From Candidatus Coatesbacteria bacterium (GTDB lineage Bacteria > JAFGND01), in the NCBI GenBank assembly GCA_016927185.1, contig JAFGND010000071.1, positions 1 to 64,000 on the forward strand: a DNA stretch of 64,000 nucleotides, in the 5' to 3' direction. Positions within the stretch are counted from its first letter, which is position 1. Every line of letters starts with the position of its first letter. The notes under the pieces were generated by a model. The model did no database searches. It was not told the origin of the DNA and was given only the letters and a program-made list of their open reading frames with translations. Of the stretch, positions 49,343-58,742 are shown in pieces. Both the position numbers and the translations under genes were made by a program.

Positions 49343-51184
49343 TCCGTTATAATAAAGAAAGGATTCAATAATAAAAAGATTCCATAAAAGATATGGATTA
49401 TTGTCTCCTTTCATAAATCTGTCTTTTATATTAACAACTGATTTAGTATTCCAGAAGCCTCTTTGTTCGATATTTCTGTCTGACATGATTTCTGTAAGTT
49501 GTGTATGCAATGTCTTCTTCAACCATTTATCTAGCGGAAACAAGAAACCAGTCTTGGCAGTTCTGGATACTCTGGAAGGCAAATATTTTTCTGCAATCTT
49601 CCTTAAAGCATATTTATTGGTGTTACCTTTCTGTTTAAGGTAAGAAGGCATTTGAAATGAGTATCTCACCAAATCTAGATCGAGATATGGAACCCTTATT
49701 TCAAGACTATTTGACATGCTGAGTATATCAGCATCTCTCAATAAAATATTAAGCAAATCGAGTTTTACTTGCAAGTAAACCATCAATGTAAAAGGATCAT
49801 CATAACTGACACTGCCTAGAATCTTATCAAAATACTCTGATGGATTAATTTGGGGATTTCCTGGAATCAGGTTATTTGCTTCCTGGAATGAAAATAGCAT
49901 TTTGTAGCTCAGAAATCTGCTTTTAAAATCCCTTCCATTTTGCCAGAGTTTGGATATCATAAAAGCTCTTCCAGGCATTATTTTAGATAGAAATTGAATA
50001 ATCCTTCTTTTTATTGTGTCTGGAAAATATTGCCCATAAGCAAGAAAGGGATTTGGCTTAGCAATTGATGTAAACCAATCATATCCACCAAATAGCTCAT
50101 CAGCTCCTGTTCCTGACAGAGAAACAGTAAACAGGTTTCTGGAAAACCTATACAAGAAATATTGCTGAAAACCATCCCCGGAAGGCATGTCATAAATTGT
50201 CATAAGTCTTTTGAAGTTTTCAGTAAGCATCTCATCAGTTAGTATTTCAGAGTGATGATTAGTAGACAAATACTCAGCAACAAAGGAAGCTTTCCTGCTT
50301 TCATCAAGATTTCTTTCTTCAAATCCAAGTGTACAAGTAAGGAGTTTTTCCTTTCTATTTTTCTGCATTATTGAACAGATAAGTGCTGAATCAAGTCCTC
50401 CACTAATGAATGAACCAAGAGGAACTTCACCAATCTCTTGTTTTTTTATTGTATTAATAAGCAATTCTTCCAAATTTTCAATCCACTCATTATTTTCTCT
50501 AGCATTATAGAAGTTCTGATCCGGAAACCTGAAATATCTTGCTTCTTTGATGCCATCTGAGTCAATAATCATGCATGTTCCTGGTTCAAGGGAATAAATC
50601 CCCTTGAACATAGTATATGGATGAGGGAAAAATCTGAATGACAAGAACAGCCTTAAATTATCAATATCAACACTAACAGGAAGATCATTCACCTGTCTCA
50701 GACTCTTTATTTCTGAGGCAAAAAAAACATTCTTGTCTTTAATTGCATAATAAAGAGGTTTTATACCTATTGGATCTCTTCCGAGGAATAGTTTCTTTTC
50801 TTTAGTATCCCATATTGAGAAGGCAAACATCCCATTTAATGAAGATAATCCATCAAGACCTCTATGAATGAATTGATTGAGGAGAACTTCAGTATCACTA
50901 TCAGTATGGAAAATAATTCTTTCCTTTATAAGTTCATTTCTTAATTCCCTGTAGTTATATATTTCCCCATTGTATACTATAACCCATCTTCCATCTTTCG
51001 ATATTATTGGCTGATGACCTCCCTTAATATCGATAATACTGAGTCTTCTGTTTGCAACTGAAATTCCTGGATCATTAAAATAGCCAACATCATCGGGTCC
51101 TCTATGAATGATAGCTGAAGACATCTTTTCAACCATTCTTTCCCTGTTTTCATATTGACCATATATCCCGCAAATACCACACAT
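49337..51184 (-). CDS. asnB: Asparagine synthase (Gln-hydrolysing) family amidotransferase
   Basis: Starts MCGICG; HRGPD, RLSIID, NGEIYN, SGGLDS, SGTGADELFGGY; may amidate a glycan rather than make Asn. Confidence 0.88.
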   Translation of the reverse strand: MCGICGIYGQYENRERMVEKMSSAIIHRGPDDVGYFNDPGISVANRRLSIIDIKGGHQPIISKDGRWVIVYNGEIYNYRELRNELIKERIIFHTDSDTEVLLNQFIHRGLDGLSSLNGMFAFSIWDTKEKKLFLGRDPIGIKPLYYAIKDKNVFFASEIKSLRQVNDLPVSVDIDNLRLFLSFRFFPHPYTMFKGIYSLEPGTCMIIDSDGIKEARYFRFPDQNFYNARENNEWIENLEELLINTIKKQEIGEVPLGSFISGGLDSALICSIMQKNRKEKLLTCTLGFEERNLDESRKASFVAEYLSTNHHSEILTDEMLTENFKRLMTIYDMPSGDGFQQYFLYRFSRNLFTVSLSGTGADELFGGYDWFTSIAKPNPFLAYGQYFPDTIKRRIIQFLSKIMPGRAFMISKLWQNGRDFKSRFLSYKMLFSFQEANNLIPGNPQINPSEYFDKILGSVSYDDPFTLMVYLQVKLDLLNILLRDADILSMSNSLEIRVPYLDLDLVRYSFQMPSYLKQKGNTNKYALRKIAEKYLPSRVSRTAKTGFLFPLDKWLKKTLHTQLTEIMSDRNIEQRGFWNTKSVVNIKDRFMKGDNNPYLLWNLFIIESFLYYNGL

Positions 51185-51292
51185 AATGCATTCCAAGAAA
51201 AAACAATGCTTGATTTCAGTCAAGCATCATGGATTTATATTGTCATGAAAGTACATATATAGAAAAAGGTTATAAACAAAAGAGGAGAAAAG

Positions 51293-51916
51293 ATGAAGGA
51301 AGTTGATATTCTCTATGATGGAAATATCCTGCACCTTGAAAAAAACAAAAAAATAGTATACTGCGTGATTTTTTCATTGCTTACAGGAGTTTCATCTAAT
51401 TTCAAGATTTATATACCTGGACTTGTGGTTCCAATAACATTGCAGACAATGATTGTATTATTATCAGGAGTATATCTTGGAAGATTTTATGGAGGACTAA
51501 GTCAATTATTCTATATATTACTGGGAATATCAGGATTGCCACTTTTCGCTACTCAATATAGTGGTTTGGCTAACCTCGCTGGTCCTACTGGAGGTTATTT
51601 GATTGGATTTGTTTTTGCATCATTCCTTGTTGGAAACTTCATAGATAATTATCCTGACATATCCTTCAAAAAGCTTATACTAATTTTCGGAGCTGCGAAT
51701 TTTTTCATAATACATTTGCTTGGATTATTACAGCTAAGCCTCTGGTACAGATTAAACATGAATCTGGATTTGAATATAATTGAGATTTTAAAAATGGGAA
51801 GTATACCTTTCATTCCAGGAGATATTATCAAGATATTTTTTGCAATCTTATTAGCTATTCCTGTAATAAAAAAAAGATACAATCTGACTAAAGTGAATAA
51901 GTCATCTACCAAGTGA
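51293..51916 (+). CDS. bioY: Biotin transporter BioY
   Basis: VPITLQT, GLPLFA, GPTGGYLIGF, PFIPGDIIK. Confidence 0.93.
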   Translation: MKEVDILYDGNILHLEKNKKIVYCVIFSLLTGVSSNFKIYIPGLVVPITLQTMIVLLSGVYLGRFYGGLSQLFYILLGISGLPLFATQYSGLANLAGPTGGYLIGFVFASFLVGNFIDNYPDISFKKLILIFGAANFFIIHLLGLLQLSLWYRLNMNLDLNIIEILKMGSIPFIPGDIIKIFFAILLAIPVIKKRYNLTKVNKSSTK

Positions 51917-52033
51917 TAGTGAAGGAATGCTTATATTTTCAAATTCCTTGACAGAATATTGGTCTAATTAGCCCTCTAATCTAACACTTGATATAAAGAT
52001 TCCCTTAGCTTCATTGGAGTGATTGAATTATAA

Positions 52034-53797
52034 ATGCTTAATAAAAAGGCACCTTTAAAAAAGGTTTTTTTTCATGTACTACCTTTCCTAAAGAAAAACA
52101 AATGGAGAATTATTTCAGGGGTTTCATGCCTAATTCTTATTGATGCAATACAGTTATACATTCCTAGAATTACCAAGGAAGTGATTGATAAATTAGCAAA
52201 TGGAACGGCAAAACAACCTGAAATGGTTAAATATGGGCTATTATTCATTCTTTTCAGTATACTTGTTGGGGGATTCAGGTTTTTATGGAGATGGCTTATT
52301 ATTGGAACTGCAAGGCGTATGGAAAGAGACATAAGGCAGAGATTTTATGAACATGTACTTAGTCTTCCATTGGAATTTTTCAATAAGACTAAAATAGGTG
52401 ATTTGATGGCTCTTGCTACAAATGATCTTGATGCTGTAAGAATGATGTTTGGAATAGGCTTGATTGCGAGTTTCGATGCATTCATATGGGGTGCAGCTGC
52501 TTTAGCTTGCATGGCCTATATTTCTCCTATTCATACTTTATATATAGGAATTCCTTTACCGATCTTGACAGTCTTGTTGTTGTATTTTGGACCTCATTTG
52601 AATAAGCAGTTCAGAAAAGTCCAGATGATATTTGCCAACCTGACAGATAAGGCTCAGGAAACATTTTCCGGGATACGAGTTGTAAAATCTTATGTACAGG
52701 AAGAGCAAGAGGAAAACAGTTTCAAACAAATGAGTTTGAATTATATAAAGGCTAATCTGAGATTGACATTGATATGGGGAATGCTTGATCCAACTATAAA
52801 TCTTGTTATTGGTATTTCAATTTCCTTGATACTTCTGCTTGTTGGAAAAGATGTTTTGATAGGTAATCTTACAATGGGTGATTTTGTTGCATTCAATCTA
52901 TATCTTGGACTTGCCATCTGGCCAATGATAGCAATGGGATGGGTAGTAAATCTTGTTCAAAGAGGAAAAGCTTCTATGGAGAGGATCAATGAAGTATTCA
53001 ATTCAATTCCTGAAATGAGTTTTACTGAAGAAATCAAGGAAATAGATAAGATAAAAGGTTCTATAGAGTTCAGAAATTTAACCTTTTTTTATTCCAATTC
53101 AAATTATCCTGCTCTTGAAAATCTTTCTATGAAAGTAGAACCAGATCGAACAATAGCTATCGTTGGAAGAACTGGATCAGGTAAAACAACACTTGTTTCT
53201 CTTCTTTCAGGTTTATATAAACCAGAAAAAGGAACATTGTTCATTGATGGCAAGGATATAACAGAATTTGATTTAGAAAATTTAAGGAAGCAGGTTGGAG
53301 TTGTTCCCCAGGAAGCTTTTTTATTCAGCGAGACAATAATAGAAAATCTTCTGTTTGGAAAAATAACAGCAGCGAGAGATGAAGCTCTTAACTATGCAAA
53401 ACTGGCTGATGTGCATAATGACATAAATGCCTTTCCTGAAGGTTATGAAACACTTGTTGGAGAAAGGGGAATTACACTCTCAGGCGGTCAGAAACAGAGA
53501 GTAACAATAGCAAGGACTTTATTGACTGAACCAAGGATACTGGTATTGGATGATAGTTTAAGCTCAGTAGATACTCATACTGAAGAAGCGATATTGAAAA
53601 ATCTTAAGGAAATTAGGAGAGGAAGAACAACAATAATTATATCACACAGGATAAGTACAGTTCATGATGCAGACAAGATCTTTGTAATAGACAATGGCAG
53701 ACTGGCAGAAGAAGGTACTCATGAACAATTGATAAATCTCGGTGGGATTTATGCAGATATGGAAGAAAGACAAAGATTGGAAGAATCCCTTGCTTAA
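52034..53797 (+). CDS. ABC exporter half-transporter (degenerate-site subunit)
   Basis: TMD plus GRTGSGKT, LSGGQKQR, LDDS. Confidence 0.93.
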   Translation: MLNKKAPLKKVFFHVLPFLKKNKWRIISGVSCLILIDAIQLYIPRITKEVIDKLANGTAKQPEMVKYGLLFILFSILVGGFRFLWRWLIIGTARRMERDIRQRFYEHVLSLPLEFFNKTKIGDLMALATNDLDAVRMMFGIGLIASFDAFIWGAAALACMAYISPIHTLYIGIPLPILTVLLLYFGPHLNKQFRKVQMIFANLTDKAQETFSGIRVVKSYVQEEQEENSFKQMSLNYIKANLRLTLIWGMLDPTINLVIGISISLILLLVGKDVLIGNLTMGDFVAFNLYLGLAIWPMIAMGWVVNLVQRGKASMERINEVFNSIPEMSFTEEIKEIDKIKGSIEFRNLTFFYSNSNYPALENLSMKVEPDRTIAIVGRTGSGKTTLVSLLSGLYKPEKGTLFIDGKDITEFDLENLRKQVGVVPQEAFLFSETIIENLLFGKITAARDEALNYAKLADVHNDINAFPEGYETLVGERGITLSGGQKQRVTIARTLLTEPRILVLDDSLSSVDTHTEEAILKNLKEIRRGRTTIIISHRISTVHDADKIFVIDNGRLAEEGTHEQLINLGGIYADMEERQRLEESLA

Positions 53798-53818
53798 AAT
53801 TAAAGGAGGTATTTAATC

Positions 53819-56014
53819 ATGCCACCTCATGGTGGAGGAGGACATGGTGGTGGAAGTGATTTTCATGAAGAAGATTACTTAGGAAAAGTCTATGATAGCA
53901 GACTCATATCAAGGCTTCTCAAGTATGCAAAACCTTATATAGTTTATATTATAATAACTGTGATATTCTTGATTTTGCTTTCTTTAAGCAGGATATATAA
54001 ACCCTACTTGATTAAGGAAGCAATTGATAAGGATATTGTACTTCCTTACTTGATGATGGACTTAACAGGCATGGATAAGGAAAACAAGAACTATTACATG
54101 GAGAAATATAAAAATAAAGCAATCAGAAGTGAAAATCCAGGAAAATTGCTTATTGAAAGCAGTCGTCTTGACCTCAAAGATTCTTCAGAATTGAGAAAAA
54201 CTAATTCTCTGTCAAAAGAGAGATATCTTTATATAAGAAAGGATTACTTCTCTGAAGAAAAATGGATAAAGGTTGAAAAATTGATAGCAGAAAAGGCCAA
54301 TAGCTTTATTCCAATGTCAGAAGAAGGTAGTTATGCAATAACGCAGGAGAATCTTTCCAGGATGAGCTCAAGTGATAATTTCATGCTTAAGGCTTATGAA
54401 TGGAATGATTTAAAAAGAATCACTGTAATATATTTCATAATCCTTGCCATAGGTTTTTTGCTTGAATTTTCTCAGTTTTACCTGATTACATGGTTAGGTC
54501 AGAAAGTTATGCATGATATAAGAGGTGATCTGTTTAAGCATTTAACCAAGTTGACAATTAATTATTTTGATTCCCATCCTATAGGAAGACTGGTTACAAG
54601 GGTAACTAATGATGTTGGAACTCTACATGAAATGTTTACTTCAGTTCTCATAAACATTACTTCAGATGTTTTTCTGCTTATTGGAATAATAGTAACCATA
54701 TTTATATTAGACTGGAAACTGGCATTGCTTTTAATGGGCATAATGCCTGTAATAATTTTCGCAACAATAATGTTCAGGATAAAATTCAGAACAGCTTACA
54801 GACAGGTAAGAAGAATACTAGCAAGAATAAATGCAACGCTTTCAGAGCATTTTTCTGGAATAAGAGTAATAAAGGTTTTTGCAAGAGAAAGGGAGAATTT
54901 CAGGAAGTTTGATGAAGTAAATCAAAGTTACTATAAGGTAAGTATGAAGGAATTGTTTGTAAATGCAATTTTTTCTCCAGTAATAGTTGTTGCAAATAAC
55001 CTTGGCTTAGCACTCATTATATGGTATGGTGGAGGTCAGGTAATTCAGGACGCAATGCCTTTAGGAATACTTGTAGCTTTTCTTACTTATTCGCATATGT
55101 TCTTTCAACCAATAAATGCAATTGCTGAGAAATATAATATAATGCAAAGTGCTATGGCAGCAAGTGAAAGGATTTTCCAGATAATGGACGAAAAAGATGA
55201 ATTTACAGATGAAAAGGATTGCGTCGAGATAAAAGACTGTAAAGGTAGCGTAGAATTCAAGAATGTATCATTTGCTTATAAGAAAGACGAATGGGTACTA
55301 AGAAACTTATCCTTTAAGGTAGAAGCAGGGAAAACTTTAGCTATAGTTGGAGCTACTGGTGCAGGCAAGACAACTATAATAAGTCTTCTCGTTCGTTTTT
55401 ATGAACCACAAGAAGGTGAAATATTACTTGATGGTATAGATATAAGGAAATTCAAGAAAAAAGATCTTAGAAGGCATTTAAGCCTTGTTCTTCAGGATGT
55501 TTTCTTGTTTACAGGGAATATAGCTGATAATATTCGTCTTAATAATAAGGAAATTACAGATGAGCAAGTTAAAGCAGCTGCACTGTATGTAAATGCAGAC
55601 CATTTTATTCAGAAAATAGATGGTGGATATGAAGGGAATGTAGCAGAAAGAGGATCTACATTGAGTATGGGGCAAAGACAATTGCTTGCTTTTGCAAGAG
55701 CATTAGCTTTCAATCCCAGGATTTTGATATTAGATGAGGCAACCAGCAGTATTGATACAGAAACAGAGCAATTGATTCAAGATGCCCTGCTGAAACTCAT
55801 GGAAGGAAGAACTTCCCTGGTAATTGCACACAGGCTATCTACAATACAGCATGCAAATAATATTATTGTTATGCACAAAGGAGAGATTGTTGAAGAGGGG
55901 ACTCATCAAGAGCTTCTTGCAAGCAGAGGTATCTATTTCAGATTATATCAGCTTCAATATAAAGGGCAGGTCCCTGGCTTAGGGAAAGGAGAGAAATATG
56001 ACCTTATTTCATGA
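53819..56014 (+). CDS. ABC exporter half-transporter (partner subunit)
   Basis: TMD plus GATGAGKT, LSMGQRQ, LDEATS, IAHR. Confidence 0.93.
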   Translation: MPPHGGGGHGGGSDFHEEDYLGKVYDSRLISRLLKYAKPYIVYIIITVIFLILLSLSRIYKPYLIKEAIDKDIVLPYLMMDLTGMDKENKNYYMEKYKNKAIRSENPGKLLIESSRLDLKDSSELRKTNSLSKERYLYIRKDYFSEEKWIKVEKLIAEKANSFIPMSEEGSYAITQENLSRMSSSDNFMLKAYEWNDLKRITVIYFIILAIGFLLEFSQFYLITWLGQKVMHDIRGDLFKHLTKLTINYFDSHPIGRLVTRVTNDVGTLHEMFTSVLINITSDVFLLIGIIVTIFILDWKLALLLMGIMPVIIFATIMFRIKFRTAYRQVRRILARINATLSEHFSGIRVIKVFARERENFRKFDEVNQSYYKVSMKELFVNAIFSPVIVVANNLGLALIIWYGGGQVIQDAMPLGILVAFLTYSHMFFQPINAIAEKYNIMQSAMAASERIFQIMDEKDEFTDEKDCVEIKDCKGSVEFKNVSFAYKKDEWVLRNLSFKVEAGKTLAIVGATGAGKTTIISLLVRFYEPQEGEILLDGIDIRKFKKKDLRRHLSLVLQDVFLFTGNIADNIRLNNKEITDEQVKAAALYVNADHFIQKIDGGYEGNVAERGSTLSMGQRQLLAFARALAFNPRILILDEATSSIDTETEQLIQDALLKLMEGRTSLVIAHRLSTIQHANNIIVMHKGEIVEEGTHQELLASRGIYFRLYQLQYKGQVPGLGKGEKYDLIS

Positions 56015-56681
56015 TACATTTAATCCCAAAGAGGCATTTTCATGGGAAATAAGGGAATACTATCTTCCTTCTCCTTCCAAGAAGGGAGAATGGGAGTTTG
56101 AATTCAATTATCGTTACAATAAAGAAGAATATGTATTGAAGATACCAACCACTCAAGATGGAGGAAGTGTTCTCCATAAATCACAGGAAGAATGGATTCA
56201 GCAAGTAGAACCAGGTTTAGTAGGTGAATGGTATGGATATTTCAATAGTTACAGGATTGATTTTCTGGAAAGAATAGAGGATGAAATCATTCATGAAGGG
56301 GGATACTGCAAAGTAAGAAAAGGTGAGATATCTGAGCATGTCTTGTTTCCTCTTCAAAGAAAGATTTACAATAGAATGGAATTTGATTACAAAAGATATC
56401 ATCCAGATGGAGAGATAATTCTTAGAGTTGAGTTTGATTTCATATCTAATTCGTGTAAACTGAAAATATCTGGAAAAGGTGGTTTGGATATTGAAGACTT
56501 CATGGAAACTGCTAAATCTTTCCTGCCCAAAGATGGAAACAAAATAGCTGAAAATAATCTTATCATTTTAACCGGTATTGATATATCAGTTCTATATGAG
56601 TTTTCAAAGATACTTCCAGAAAGAAAATTTGTCTTCACGAATTTTAATTTATATCCAAGAAACAAGAATTCAGCAATTTAG
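55998..56681 (+). CDS. Hypothetical protein
   Basis: 227-codon ORF with RBS AGGAG, overlapping the upstream stop; no family recognised. Confidence 0.6.
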   Translation: MTLFHDTFNPKEAFSWEIREYYLPSPSKKGEWEFEFNYRYNKEEYVLKIPTTQDGGSVLHKSQEEWIQQVEPGLVGEWYGYFNSYRIDFLERIEDEIIHEGGYCKVRKGEISEHVLFPLQRKIYNRMEFDYKRYHPDGEIILRVEFDFISNSCKLKISGKGGLDIEDFMETAKSFLPKDGNKIAENNLIILTGIDISVLYEFSKILPERKFVFTNFNLYPRNKNSAI

Positions 56682-56697
56682 TTAGTGGTTTTTTAAT

Positions 56698-56735
56698 AAA
56701 AGAAAGCCTGCCGTTTATAGGCAGGCTTATCTTTT
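56698..56735. terminator. Bidirectional intrinsic terminator
   Basis: AAGCCTGCC-N7-GGCAGGCTT flanked by A-rich and T-rich tracts between convergent genes. Confidence 0.85.
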
Positions 56736-56754
56736 ATTGTTAATTTACAACTCT

Positions 56755-58455
56755 CTATTGTGGCTCGTATACAGCAGTTTTGGGTTGATACAATGCTGTA
56801 CCTTCCCAGCAACCACCTGCAGGATTGTCATACAAGAAACCGCGCATCTTGAGTACAAAACCTTTGCAATTATAGCGATCATTTGAATGATCAGCAACTT
56901 CAAAATCAATTTTGTCAGAAGTTGTTCCTGTTACGCGCAGTTTTCCAAGAACTCCAGCGCCATCTTCAGTTGTTGCATAAAGCAATATTCCTGAACCATT
57001 TCCATAATTTCTTCCCTGGGTTCTTTCAATTCTGCCACCTACAGAATTGCCACGATTGTTCAAAGGATTACGACGGAATTTGAAGACTATAAGGTTGTTC
57101 CAGTGACCTTTGATTGCATGAATTCTTTCAGCGTCACGTTTTCCTGTTAGACTCAAATTCTTGTCATGTCTCCACCAGAAAGGTGCATCCTTATTGAATT
57201 GCCAGAAATTTGAGAACTGAACGAAATCAATCTCTCTTGTTTCTGTTGGTGAATCAAATTGTCTCCATTCAAGAGAATTAAGCTGTTCTGGGTATAACCA
57301 TGCAGCACGAGCAAATCTTGCATTCAATGTTGGCCATACAAGGTTAGTTGGTGACCAGTCATTGACTCTCAATGGATTGATTCTAAGCATATAAGCCCAT
57401 ACTACTAACTGATAAGTTGAATCAGTTGGACGATTGGGGTATAACTTTGTCAAACCCATGCGAACTTTAACGAACTGCCCTTTATTGTTTCTTGCCCATA
57501 ATCTTGCCTGATCTGAAGTCAATTCTGGATTCAAATCATCGACAAATGTTTTGGGGCCTGGATTGCAGGGATCACCAGTTTCATTGTTGTAAGGAACCTG
57601 TGAACCTACGCCAGCATTGTTTGCACCTGTGCGTGGTGGCATATTGTATGAGTAGAATAATTGTAATCCAGGAGCTGGAGCACCTTTAGGTCTTACCCAT
57701 ACTTTTGAAACAAACTCGCGATATTCATGATATGCAATTACCTTTGCATACATTCTCTTTGAATTGCAGTTGTTATTATAAGTAATTCTTATTTCAATTC
57801 TGCATCCCATAACTCCGTCAGGAAGAATATCCAAAGTTGCCTTGATGTCACGTCTTAAATCCATAGCAACAAGACGCTGTGTTGAGACAGGCTCAAAATA
57901 AAGTCTGTCAAGGTATGGATATTTAATAGTAGGGGGTGCAGGATTCATAAGATCAAACTGATGAACGTTTCCATATATATTTGTTGGAAGTGTCCCTGGT
58001 TTACGGGTATCATTTGAAAGTACATTTGGATCTATAACTGGAACACGTTCACGAATTTTCAACAATGTTTTTGCATCAGCTTCTTCTGGATCAATTCCTG
58101 AAGCCGCATCAACACATCTGACTGTTTCATCAAAATCATCCAACTTACCTTTGGCTGGTCCCTCTCTTGTTACATGAAGTGATGGGTGATAAAATATAGC
58201 CTGGTAAATTGCTTTTCCTTTCTTTACTCTTAAACTTGCTTTTGGAGTGTCCTGGCATACTTGACGTACTGCAACGCCAACCATCATGCCTTCACACCAA
58301 AATTCTTTATTCAGCGTAGCTTTATCAGTCCACTGCCAATATCCACCACGGTAAACTCCTCCGAAATTATAAATATCGCATTTGCATGCATTAACGCTTA
58401 CCGCAGACAGCAATATTCCTAGCAATACGCCTAATAGCACTGTCTTCTTTGCCAT
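56755..58455 (-). CDS. Uncharacterised secreted protein
   Basis: Signal peptide MAKKTVLLGVLLGILLSAVSVNA, RBS AAGGAGG; alternative in-frame start at 58491. Confidence 0.8.
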   Translation of the reverse strand: MAKKTVLLGVLLGILLSAVSVNACKCDIYNFGGVYRGGYWQWTDKATLNKEFWCEGMMVGVAVRQVCQDTPKASLRVKKGKAIYQAIFYHPSLHVTREGPAKGKLDDFDETVRCVDAASGIDPEEADAKTLLKIRERVPVIDPNVLSNDTRKPGTLPTNIYGNVHQFDLMNPAPPTIKYPYLDRLYFEPVSTQRLVAMDLRRDIKATLDILPDGVMGCRIEIRITYNNNCNSKRMYAKVIAYHEYREFVSKVWVRPKGAPAPGLQLFYSYNMPPRTGANNAGVGSQVPYNNETGDPCNPGPKTFVDDLNPELTSDQARLWARNNKGQFVKVRMGLTKLYPNRPTDSTYQLVVWAYMLRINPLRVNDWSPTNLVWPTLNARFARAAWLYPEQLNSLEWRQFDSPTETREIDFVQFSNFWQFNKDAPFWWRHDKNLSLTGKRDAERIHAIKGHWNNLIVFKFRRNPLNNRGNSVGGRIERTQGRNYGNGSGILLYATTEDGAGVLGKLRVTGTTSDKIDFEVADHSNDRYNCKGFVLKMRGFLYDNPAGGCWEGTALYQPKTAVYEPQ

Positions 58456-58578
58456 TACTCGAACCTCCTTAATACAAAATGTAGATACCATTCTCCTCTA
58501 ATTTTTTGAAGCTTGTTAAAAGCTTTTTAGCAGATAACTGCTTCCCCTCCTTTCCTGACGTTTATTTTTATTTTCATT

Positions 58579-58602
58579 ATTATCTCTAACATTATCTCTA
58601 AC
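58579..58602. repeat. Perfect 12-bp tandem direct repeat
   Basis: ATTATCTCTAAC x2. Confidence 0.85.
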
Positions 58603-58657
58603 AAATCTTGCTACATGCATATTTGTTCTATACTTTATTAATTTTAGCTTGCATGGC

Positions 58658-58687
58658 ATTATAGTAATATGAGATAAATTTTGTCAA
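58658..58687 (-). promoter_or_regulatory. Sigma-70 promoter
   Basis: TTGACA-N18-TATAAT on the minus strand. Confidence 0.75.
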
Positions 58688-58742
58688 CCCTTTTTTGCAA
58701 AAAAATTCATTTAGGGCTTTTGTTTCTAACATAACCTTGTTA

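Noticed and set aside
51240..51280. BirA operator upstream of bioY
   Set aside because: No TGTnAAC-N14-16-GTTnACA match.
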